A stretch of DNA of 20,176 bases from a virus. Numbering within the stretch: position 1 is the stretch's first letter; every line of letters begins with the position of its first letter. The stretch is from positions 1 through 20,176 of the IMG/VR virus record IMGVR_UViG_3300026311_000090, one strand, 5' to 3'. Under the pieces are notes generated by a model. It was not told where the DNA came from, made no database searches, and saw only the letters and a program-made list of their open reading frames with translations. A program made the position numbers and the translations under genes. Below, in pieces: positions 8,077 to 15,627 of this stretch.

Positions 8077-8657
8077 GTTTTCGCGAGATAGCAATAACGG
8101 TTCGGGCGGTGAATCGGGCTTCAAACGAGTTTAGCCGAATACAAACCGACGCTGAAGCACTAGCGACTAGGGTTAAGAGTTTAGGCGCTGCCATGGCTGG
8201 AATTGGCGCTGCAGGCACCGCCATCGGATATGTTGCTAACCAATTCGGTTTGCTCAATGATGCAGAAACTAAGGTTTTCACTTCTGCTATGATGGTTGTT
8301 TCTGTCATGGGCATGTTCCTGCGCACAAGCGCTGGACTTGCCGTAGCTCAGAAAGTGTATTCTGCGGCTTGTTGGGTCGCCACTGTGGCACAGAACGCAC
8401 TAAACATCAGCTACGGAACGTTTCTAGCTCTAACGGGTGTGGGGATTGCGGTTATTGTTGCGGCTGCCGCAGCCATGGCCTATTTTGCGAGCAGCATGAA
8501 CAACGCTACCGCCAGTGTGGAGAACTTCAACAGTGCCACAGCTGAGACGCCTACGCATACTCGCAGTATCCAAAGAGCGGGGGAATCAGCGGTCACTTCT
8601 AGGTCACAAAGCGGTAGCTCATCTGATGCTTCTTTCTATCGGAGGGGTGTTGAATAG
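8073..8657 (+). CDS. Very short tape-measure-like protein (194 aa)
   Basis: The frame extends above GTG 8109 to CTG 8073 (SFREIAITVRAVNRAS, a TMP-like N-terminus), overlapping the previous stop, with GGAGG at 8058-8062. Ala/Gly-rich with hydrophobic helices; precedes the baseplate gene. Confidence 0.7.
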   Translation: MSFREIAITVRAVNRASNEFSRIQTDAEALATRVKSLGAAMAGIGAAGTAIGYVANQFGLLNDAETKVFTSAMMVVSVMGMFLRTSAGLAVAQKVYSAACWVATVAQNALNISYGTFLALTGVGIAVIVAAAAAMAYFASSMNNATASVENFNSATAETPTHTRSIQRAGESAVTSRSQSGSSSDASFYRRGVE

Positions 8658-10252
8658 TGAGTGTTAATCCGCCAGCTTTGACGATTGCTTTGGGTTCTGT
8701 CGGCATTCCCCAAGTTGACGTCATCGACGGCCTGGTACACCTTGGCGCCACCAAAGAGGTCAGCAGTTGGGAACTTAGGCTTCAGAACTGGAACGCCAAA
8801 TACAGCCCAAACGGCACATACCCGCTAAACGCGGGGCAGGACGGCTACATCTGCATTGGCAGAGGCGCCAACGTTCCACAACTAATCACCACCCGCACCG
8901 AGAGCATAAAGTACCAGTCAAACACCACAGAAAACTACGTTATAGTCGCTGGCCGCTGCTGGGGAGAAAAACTCTTCCGCCAAACCGTAACCAAAGACTA
9001 CTCAGGCTACAGAGGCGAAGCTATAGCCAAAGACCTCTTGGATTACTATTCAGGATTAAGCCATGTACGTGGTAGCACAGAGCTAGTTGAGGACACAGAC
9101 ACAACCTTTACCGATCTAAAAGTGCAGGATACCCAAGTTTGGGATATGCTCCAAAAAATCGCCTTTGAAAGCGACAAGAACGGTGCCATTGGCTATGACT
9201 TTCGGACTGCACCGGATGGGAAATTCGAGTTTTTCCCAAGAAGCACCAAAACAAGCTCCGTCAGCCTCACAGACAAGATAGAGGCTTACGAGTACTGGAA
9301 AGAAATCATCGCCATCAGAAATAAAATTACCATCTACGGGGCTGCCGATAAAAGCTCTCCCTTGGATAAAGCCGAGACTGTTGAAAGCCTCTCGCCTGCA
9401 AGCGGTGCGTGGACCTTGTACGCTGGCATTTCCATGACGCTTGATGCAACCAAAACATATGGGGAAGCCGCAGCAAGCATAAAGCTTGTTAGTGGTTCAA
9501 ACTACTACGGCGGACTCTACTTAACTTTCAACACACCGCAAAACCTCAACACATACCCCAAACTCTACTTAGCCCTCCTACGCGATACACATATCCGAGC
9601 AGACGGTTTTAGCGTTGAACTCTTCGATACCTCATATAGAGCCGCTGGGCAGGTCCTTAGCAACGTTAACGACAACGACCCGTCAGCATTTGCCCTCGAC
9701 GTCGGCGGAGCCTTTGCAGCCAACTGGCATCCACAGGCAGGCTTTGACTGGACTCAGGTCAGCGTTGTTCGAATTGACGGTTGGTTAGTTGACACCCTTA
9801 CTTCTGGGACATTTTGGGTTATGCAGTTATTCTTTGGCGGCGCACGCTACAGCAGCATGCAGCAGAATACGGCTAGCCAAGCTGCCTATGGACTCAGAGA
9901 GTTTGTGGATACTGACGAGGAGCTTTGGAGCGACACCGAATGCTTGCTTAGGGCTAGGGCTATTCTCGCCAATATGAAAGACCCTTCCGAATACATCACT
10001 CTAAGGAGCACAGTCATCGATTATGGAAATACTCCCCTTTTCGCCGCTGACATGATTCCAGTTACACTGCCAAACGAGAACGTCAACGGCAACTTCCGCA
10101 TTTTAAGCGCTGAATACCATGTCAAAGCCAAAACAGACGATTTAGAGATAACTTTGGAGCTTGGGCGCGAGAAATCACTGCTGGCGGATTACGTGTACGC
10201 TTTGCGGTCCAAAGTGGACCACATTAACAGATACAAGGTTGCGAGGTTATAA
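8657..10252 (+). CDS. Baseplate hub/Tal-like tail tip protein with a CBM-like insertion
   Basis: Hub-like motifs (GEAIAKDLL, WDMLQKIA...YDFR...DGKFEFFPR, IRNKITIYG, FRILSAEY). Central ~165-aa beta-sandwich insert (FDWTQVSVVRI...GTFWVMQLFFG). Confidence 0.7.
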   Translation: MSVNPPALTIALGSVGIPQVDVIDGLVHLGATKEVSSWELRLQNWNAKYSPNGTYPLNAGQDGYICIGRGANVPQLITTRTESIKYQSNTTENYVIVAGRCWGEKLFRQTVTKDYSGYRGEAIAKDLLDYYSGLSHVRGSTELVEDTDTTFTDLKVQDTQVWDMLQKIAFESDKNGAIGYDFRTAPDGKFEFFPRSTKTSSVSLTDKIEAYEYWKEIIAIRNKITIYGAADKSSPLDKAETVESLSPASGAWTLYAGISMTLDATKTYGEAAASIKLVSGSNYYGGLYLTFNTPQNLNTYPKLYLALLRDTHIRADGFSVELFDTSYRAAGQVLSNVNDNDPSAFALDVGGAFAANWHPQAGFDWTQVSVVRIDGWLVDTLTSGTFWVMQLFFGGARYSSMQQNTASQAAYGLREFVDTDEELWSDTECLLRARAILANMKDPSEYITLRSTVIDYGNTPLFAADMIPVTLPNENVNGNFRILSAEYHVKAKTDDLEITLELGREKSLLADYVYALRSKVDHINRYKVARL

Positions 10253-10255
10253 CAA

Positions 10256-10669
10256 ATGAAAACAAGTTTGCGAAAGACAATTGAGGGTTTGAATCCAGGC
10301 GATTTAGTTTGTTGCAGTTGGTGCGACGCTTCGGTTGGCAAAAGCAGCGGTTCAGGCACGGCCATAGATGTTCCTGTGAAGAGTTGGGGCATATATGTTG
10401 GCCTCATCGGCGACAAAGTTAAGCACATAGTGCTAGCTCAGAACAGTTTCCGCTACTCCGACGGCCTATTTGATTTGGATTATACCGCGGTTCCGTTAAG
10501 CTGGACTGTTGACGTGTCGGTGCTGATTAAAGAGCATGTTCCAAAAGAGTTGGCGGGAAAGCTGGTTAATAGTTTTATGATGGGTGGACATCGGTCGCTT
10601 AATCGTCCACGTACATTTCAGCGTAGAATTTTTCAGCAGAGGTTGAGCATAGATGGCAGACCCTATTAA
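10256..10669 (+). CDS. Hypothetical viral protein
   Basis: 137 aa, in operon context, and overlaps the next gene. Confidence 0.7.
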   Translation: MKTSLRKTIEGLNPGDLVCCSWCDASVGKSSGSGTAIDVPVKSWGIYVGLIGDKVKHIVLAQNSFRYSDGLFDLDYTAVPLSWTVDVSVLIKEHVPKELAGKLVNSFMMGGHRSLNRPRTFQRRIFQQRLSIDGRPY

Positions 10670-10898
10670 GCGTGCTCTAACAAGAAGGCGCAGGATTCCA
10701 GGTCGCCCTGTTATAATCGAGGAGCCTAACGAGAAGCTCGTGCTTGGCGTTAAATTCGGCATAGGCATGACCGTTTGCCTATCACTTTTGGAGATTGCAC
10801 ACATGGCTTTCATGGGAACATGGAACAGCGAAATTTTCGCTGCAATCACTGGCTTGAGTGGAACTGTTATGGGCGTTTTTGTGGGGCAGAAATCATGA
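10653..10898 (+). CDS. Holin-like small membrane protein
   Basis: 81 aa with a basic N-terminus and two predicted TM helices (FGIGMTVCLSLLEIAHMAF; IFAAITGLSGTVMGVFVG), located after the tail genes. Confidence 0.55.
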   Translation: MADPIKRALTRRRRIPGRPVIIEEPNEKLVLGVKFGIGMTVCLSLLEIAHMAFMGTWNSEIFAAITGLSGTVMGVFVGQKS

Positions 10899-11239
10899 CA
10901 CGAAGAAGAAAAGATGAATTGGTGGAAAATAAAAAAAATATTTTTTTTCCACACATCGTTTATCGTTCCTTTAGCCGAATCACCAGAAAACTCACTGCCA
11001 AAGACTTTGTTGACGCTGACTCCTTCAAAGCAAGGGATGATATCATGCGCATTTTTGCAGCGGAATGCTTTGAGTTAGCTCAGAAATTCGCTGAAGAAAA
11101 AAACGAGAAACTTGCCCTGCAATACACAAAGTTGTCAGCAAAGATGCTGGGTCTTTCGTTGCGTCCCAAGAAGCTCAGTGATTTGGATGAGATTAAGCGG
11201 GTTTTAGCAGAGTTGAAGGCTCAGGAAAAGATCGAGTAA
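10895..11239 (+). CDS. Putative terminase small subunit
   Basis: ATG 10895 overlaps the previous stop (ATGA). 114 aa, basic and helical, ending immediately before terL. Assignment is by position only. Confidence 0.5.
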   Translation: MTRRRKDELVENKKNIFFPHIVYRSFSRITRKLTAKDFVDADSFKARDDIMRIFAAECFELAQKFAEEKNEKLALQYTKLSAKMLGLSLRPKKLSDLDEIKRVLAELKAQEKIE

Positions 11240-12829
11240 ATGTCCTACCACACTGTGCCCAGTAGCATTTCTGGCATTTGGCGTGAAATTGAGAAAATAC
11301 AGGCGGTTAAGGTTTCAGAAGAGGATAACCGCAGGGTTCGTTTTTGCGCTAAAGTTTTAGCTGAGTTGAGCGGCCAGAAGGTTGACGTGGTTTTTCGTAG
11401 GATTAAACCGCGAAGTGAAGAGGACCTTTGCAGCATTAGAGTGCTGTTTGCTAAATGCCAAGGGTACAGTTTGGAAGAGTTAGGGGAAGACCCTGTTTTT
11501 TCTGAGGTGTTTATGAATTTTCACCCCAAGAGCTACCAGCTAAAATTTCTTGTCAGCCAAGCGAGACAGGAAACCATGCTCTGGACCCGTCAGGGTGGAA
11601 AGACAACCTCTGAGGGCGTGAAGTTTTTTAAGCGCCGAGTTCGACGCCCAGGTACTCAAGCAACCGTTACCGCGCCAGGTTTTAGGCAGTCCAAACTTGT
11701 CATTGAAAAATTGTCTGATACTATTTTCAATATGGACCCTGTGGCGCGGAAAGCTTGGGTTGAGAAAGTCCTAAGAACCGCAATTCGTTTGCATAACCGT
11801 TCCAAGTTTAAGGCGTTTCCATTTAGCCTTGAAAAGCTGAGGGGCGAAACCAGTGACGATGTGATTGTCGCGGAAGCGGCTTTCATTAAAGAACTTGAAG
11901 AGTTGGTGCAGGGCACTTTGATGCCTCAGATGGCTACCCGCTACGATAAGGGTTCAATTATTTGTCTTGACAGCACGCCGTGGGATAAGAAGTGCTATTA
12001 TTACAAAACGCTTAATGTTGCTGAGGTTTCCCAGTTCTGGACGCCCTTCATTGCCGACTATCACGAAGCGGTTAGGGAGGGCTTGATTTCTCAAGAGTTT
12101 ATCGATTTGCAGCGGCGGCAACTTGACCCAGACCGTTTTAGCCGCGAATACGAGCTACAATTCACCGAAGACCATGGACGCTGGCTTAGCCAAGAACTAA
12201 TCACCGCCTGCGTAGACCACAGCATTGTAGAGCCATGGCATTTTGAAGATTCCTTTGAGGACTTAGATTTCTGCGCTGGATTAGATGTTGGCCAGCAAAA
12301 CGATAACGCAGCCCTCAGTATAATCGAGTTGCAGGGTGAAGCTCGGTTTCTGCGTTATAGTTACCTATTTCCGCTCGGTACTCCGTATGATGTGCTCACG
12401 GCTCATCTCAAGGTGATAACTGACCGCTGGCACATCAGAAGAACGCTAGTCGATGCCACGAATGAACGGGCGCTAGCCGAAACCATGACAGCGCAAATTG
12501 ACGGCGTCGAAGGTATAGCGTTCACTCAACCATGGAAACAAAAAGCCGCTGGTTTTCTTAAGCAACTGATGAGCAAAAAACAGTTTAGGTACTATTTTGA
12601 CCCTGAAGTCGTCGCTGGCTTAGCTATCGAACAGTTCGAGGTTTTAGCAGGCAAACCAAAAGCTGAGGGCGAGGGCGAAGTAAGCAAGGAGCAGGGTGAA
12701 CTTGAAGGGAACATTCGGTTCTATCATGCGCCTGGGACTCATGATGACCGTTTCTGGTCAATTTGCCTAGCCGTTGCAGCATCCATAGAGGTTGAGCCTG
12801 AACCGTTCTTTGCAGTTATTCCACGGTGA
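11240..12829 (+). CDS. terL: Terminase large subunit
   Basis: Walker A WTRQGGKTT, KLRGET before a Walker B-like DVIVAEAAF, coupling motif STP, and RNase H-like nuclease acidic motifs AGLDVG, LVDAT and HDDRFWSICLA. Confidence 0.92.
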   Translation: MSYHTVPSSISGIWREIEKIQAVKVSEEDNRRVRFCAKVLAELSGQKVDVVFRRIKPRSEEDLCSIRVLFAKCQGYSLEELGEDPVFSEVFMNFHPKSYQLKFLVSQARQETMLWTRQGGKTTSEGVKFFKRRVRRPGTQATVTAPGFRQSKLVIEKLSDTIFNMDPVARKAWVEKVLRTAIRLHNRSKFKAFPFSLEKLRGETSDDVIVAEAAFIKELEELVQGTLMPQMATRYDKGSIICLDSTPWDKKCYYYKTLNVAEVSQFWTPFIADYHEAVREGLISQEFIDLQRRQLDPDRFSREYELQFTEDHGRWLSQELITACVDHSIVEPWHFEDSFEDLDFCAGLDVGQQNDNAALSIIELQGEARFLRYSYLFPLGTPYDVLTAHLKVITDRWHIRRTLVDATNERALAETMTAQIDGVEGIAFTQPWKQKAAGFLKQLMSKKQFRYYFDPEVVAGLAIEQFEVLAGKPKAEGEGEVSKEQGELEGNIRFYHAPGTHDDRFWSICLAVAASIEVEPEPFFAVIPR

Positions 12830-12834
12830 CTAAA

Positions 12835-14283
12835 ATGACAAGACGACGAAGTGAACTTTTCCGTATAACCAAATTTCGAAGAGTCTAGAATCGAGAAGAA
12901 GGCAAATTCTCCTTCAACATAAGCTATGAAACCCACACAAAGGTCACTCCCAGAAGTCTTGTTGTGGCTGAAGCCTTCGGTTTGGGTATTGATGATGCTC
13001 AGAGGTTCAAGGTTTTAGACGCTGAACTCAAGATTGGGCCTCAAGACATCGTCTACATTACGGGTGATAGTGGCAGCGGCAAAAGTGTGTTGCTACGCGC
13101 AATCAGGGCTGATTTGGGAGAAGAAGCTATTGATTTATCTGAGGTTGCAGTGGATCCGGACAAGCCTTTGATTGAAACAGTAGGCGCAACAGTTGAAGAA
13201 GGCTTAGAGTTGCTAAGCAAAGTGGGGTTAAACGATGCTTTTCTCTTTCTACGCACATACAACCAGCTTAGTGATGGACAGAAGTACCGTTACCGAATCG
13301 CCAAACTCGTCGAAAGCGGCAAGCAGTGGTGGCTGATGGATGAATTCGCCGCCTGCTTAGATCGGGACACAGCCAAAATCATCGCCTACAACCTACAAAA
13401 GCTAGCTCGACAACAAGGTAAAGCAGTCATAGCAGCCACCACCCATAGCGACCTCCAAGAGGACTTGAAGCCCACCGTTTTGGTGCGTAAGCGGTTTGGC
13501 GAAGAAATCCAAATCAATTACTACCCAAACGAGTCAGCTACTGAATGCAGTCTTGTTAAAGAGATGAAAGTTGAAGAGGGGAATAAAGAGGATTGGCGTA
13601 GACTTAGCGGTTTCCATTATCGAGGACACAATGTTGCAGTTCCCCGCAAGATTTTCCGCTTAGTAAGAAAAGACGAACTCTGCGGCGTCATAGTGTACAG
13701 TTATCCACCGCCAGCCTGCTATGGTAGACGAATAGTGCTTCCAAGAATGACTATTCAGGAACTAAACAAAAAATTAAGCATCATTAACCGAGTGGTTATT
13801 CATCCAAAATATCGGACAATAGGTTTAGGTGCCAAACTTATTCGTGAGACACTACCCATAGCTGGCACTCCTTACGTTGAGATGATTGCTGTTATGGCTA
13901 AGTATAGTCCGTTTGCAGAAAAGGCAGGCATGCAAAGAATAGCTCAGCAGCAAGCCGTTAAGAGCATTTTAGCTGTTTCTAAAGTGCTCTTAGCGTTGGG
14001 TTTTGACTTGCAATTTTTGGGCAGCGAACGCTATGTTAGAGCAAAGCTTGAAAGTTTAAATCCTGTGCAAATAGGACCGCTAAAGGAGGCTTTCATAAAA
14101 AGTAAGCATACAAGGTTTAAGAAAGAGTTTGCAGTTAGTCGCCATCAACCTTTTGGGAAAACTGATGACTACATAAACAGCATACAAAATGCAGATAATA
14201 TAAAAATAGGGAAGCTTATCAAGCTGGCTGGAATGCTCTTGCAGACTAAAGTTTACTTGTTCTGGGAAAAAGCTGTAAAATAA
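12835..14283 (+). CDS. ABC-type ATPase / GNAT acetyltransferase fusion, interrupted by an in-frame TAG at codon 18
   Basis: Walker A GDSGSGKS, signature LSDGQKYR, Walker B WLMDEF, H-loop ATTH; GNAT motif A RVVIHPKYRTIGLGAKLI. ATG 12835 is in frame with GTG 12964, with a single TAG (12886-12888) between them. Confidence 0.85.
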
Positions 14284-14363
14284 TAGAAGAACTTGGGCAG
14301 TTATAATCGAGTTAACGCTTTAATATTACTATCTTTCAATTACAGTTGGCTTTGAGGTTGTAG

Positions 14364-14613
14364 ATGGTGGAGCGGCAGGAAGCTGTTTTGGTTCTAAGAG
14401 AACTTCTTCGGGTTTGCCCTGATTTGATGAATCAAGCAGTCTCTTTAGACACAAGCTTTTTAGCCTCCGAGCAAATCGGGGGGGGGAACGAAAATTTCGC
14501 TTAGAGGCATCCTAAATGACAACTCTCGCCAATGTTTACAGCCCATACTTGAAAAGCACAAGTTGACCCTAAAAGAAACAAACGATACCATAACCATTTA
14601 TCGTTCGCAATAA
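14364..14613 (+). pseudogene. Small protein gene (~82 aa) frameshifted at a G9 tract
   Basis: GAGGT RBS and ATG 14364. As written the frame stops at TAG 14502-14504. With G8 instead of G9 (14478-14486) it reads on: ...IGGGTKISLRGILNDNSRQCLQPILEKHKLTLKETNDTITIYRSQ*. Confidence 0.65.
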
Positions 14614-14686
14614 GCTTGTTAAAGAGCCAGTAATTAAGTTGATAAAGTGCCTGAATTAGCAAATGTTTACTTGATAGCCCATGTTT

Positions 14687-15025
14687 TTAATTACTCTGTA
14701 GTTGATTCGTTTCAGGTTTTACAAGTCCTCGTTTGAGAGCTAGGAAAACAAAGAATTGCGAAAAAGCAGCCACTGTTGCAGATATTAGGATATGTACTGT
14801 GTTAATATCGCCTGCTAGAGCGGTTCCTCCTAAAGTACTGAAAAAAGTGATTCCGCTAGTAATGATTGCATCTATGAGCGCGTTTCCCCAATCAAATTTT
14901 TGTTCTATCGCAGAGGTCTTATTGTTTATACAGCAAACTCGGAACCCTCTGACTGTTAACGTTGGGTTTATGTTTTTTAAGCAATTTATGAGTCTGCCTC
15001 TAATGGTTAAGGTAAGTTTTACCAA
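14687..15025 (-). CDS. Small membrane protein (holin-like topology; start uncertain)
   Basis: C-terminal two-thirds are hydrophobic (FDWGNALIDAIITSGITFFSTLGG...ISATVAAFSQFFVFLALKRG). The true start may be downstream of 15025. Confidence 0.6.
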   Translation of the reverse strand: MVKLTLTIRGRLINCLKNINPTLTVRGFRVCCINNKTSAIEQKFDWGNALIDAIITSGITFFSTLGGTALAGDINTVHILISATVAAFSQFFVFLALKRGLVKPETNQLQSN

Positions 15026-15117
15026 AAGTTATTTCGCCTCCTCAATGTTTGGATAACTGCTTTGTGCCAAAAGAAATTATCACATTCAGTTACCTAGTAA
15101 CCTTATGGTTATTAGCT

Positions 15118-15137
15118 AGACGTGATGTTTCTGAAAC
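15118..15137. promoter_or_regulatory. Operator-like element matching the central palindrome of the mirror module
   Basis: AGACGTGATGTTTCTGAAAC is 18/20 identical to 17705-17724. Confidence 0.55.
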
Positions 15138-15189
15138 TACACGGCTAACTTAAGAACGGTTCTCAATCTCTAGGATATCACCGTTAATA

Positions 15190-15206
15190 GAAGACAAGTT
15201 GTCTTC
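15190..15206. promoter_or_regulatory. Perfect palindrome at the 5' end of the wHTH gene
   Basis: GAAGACAA-G-TTGTCTTC overlaps TTG 15199, or lies just upstream of the alternative TTG 15223. Confidence 0.45.
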
Positions 15207-15501
15207 GAAGCGTGTGTTTATTTTGGATCTTAGAGACTTGTTTGCTTCAAAGGGCAGACAAAAAATCATAGAAGTGCTGTCATTGCATAGAGAGTTAAAT
15301 GTTATGCAACTGGTAAGCCGGGTTGGTGGTAGATATCCAGAGGTGAACAGAAACCTTGCTATTTTAGAGGGTGAGGGTATTATAATAAGTGAGTATCGAA
15401 AGCAGGTCAAACGTGCAAAGGTTAGAATAATTAAACTAATCAAGGAAAATCCTCGAACTCAAAAGTTAATTAGAGCATTAAGAGACCTGAAGGAAGATTA
15501 G
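15199..15501 (+). CDS. ArsR-like winged-helix transcription regulator (paralog 1)
   Basis: ASKGRQKIIEVLS...VNRNLAILEGEGII wHTH pattern. Alignment with paralog 2 favours TTG 15223 as the start. Confidence 0.85.
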   Translation: MSSKRVFILDLRDLFASKGRQKIIEVLSLHRELNVMQLVSRVGGRYPEVNRNLAILEGEGIIISEYRKQVKRAKVRIIKLIKENPRTQKLIRALRDLKED

Positions 15502-15627
15502 AACACCAGCAGTTGCTCGTCGATCTCGAAGTTATCATTACCGAAAAGTATTCCGTCAATAAGTAGATTAAGGTAGACCATAACTGACCTATTCACAAAA
15601 AAGAGGTTTAAGGAAGAATTTAGGTAC

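Larger units (their letters stand above)
2551..14283 (+). mobile_element. Defective head-tail provirus or GTA-like morphogenesis cluster
   Basis: Co-directional, overlapping genes (ATGA/GTGA/TTGA junctions) for portal, neck, tail, holin-like protein and terminase. Visibly more GC-rich than the flanks. No capsid, integrase or replication gene in the window. Boundaries are approximate. Confidence 0.85.

Noticed and set aside
10895-12130. Apparent shift to G/T-rich codon usage in terS and the 5' part of terL (possible module swap)
   Set aside because: An impression only. It needs a sliding-window codon or tetranucleotide calculation that could not be run here.
7768-13262. Further shadow ORFs (7768, 7952, 8027, 9789, 10189, 10496, 11245, 11656, 12739, 13053) and the long 10775 start of the terS candidate
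   Set aside because: Antisense or off-frame to real genes. The 10775 start would overlap the holin-like gene by 124 nt, whereas ATG 10895 gives the usual ATGA coupling.
14284-14363. attR, tRNA or integrase at the right end of the viral cluster
   Set aside because: No tRNA-like sequence, no recombinase motifs and no repeat matching the 2550 junction were found.
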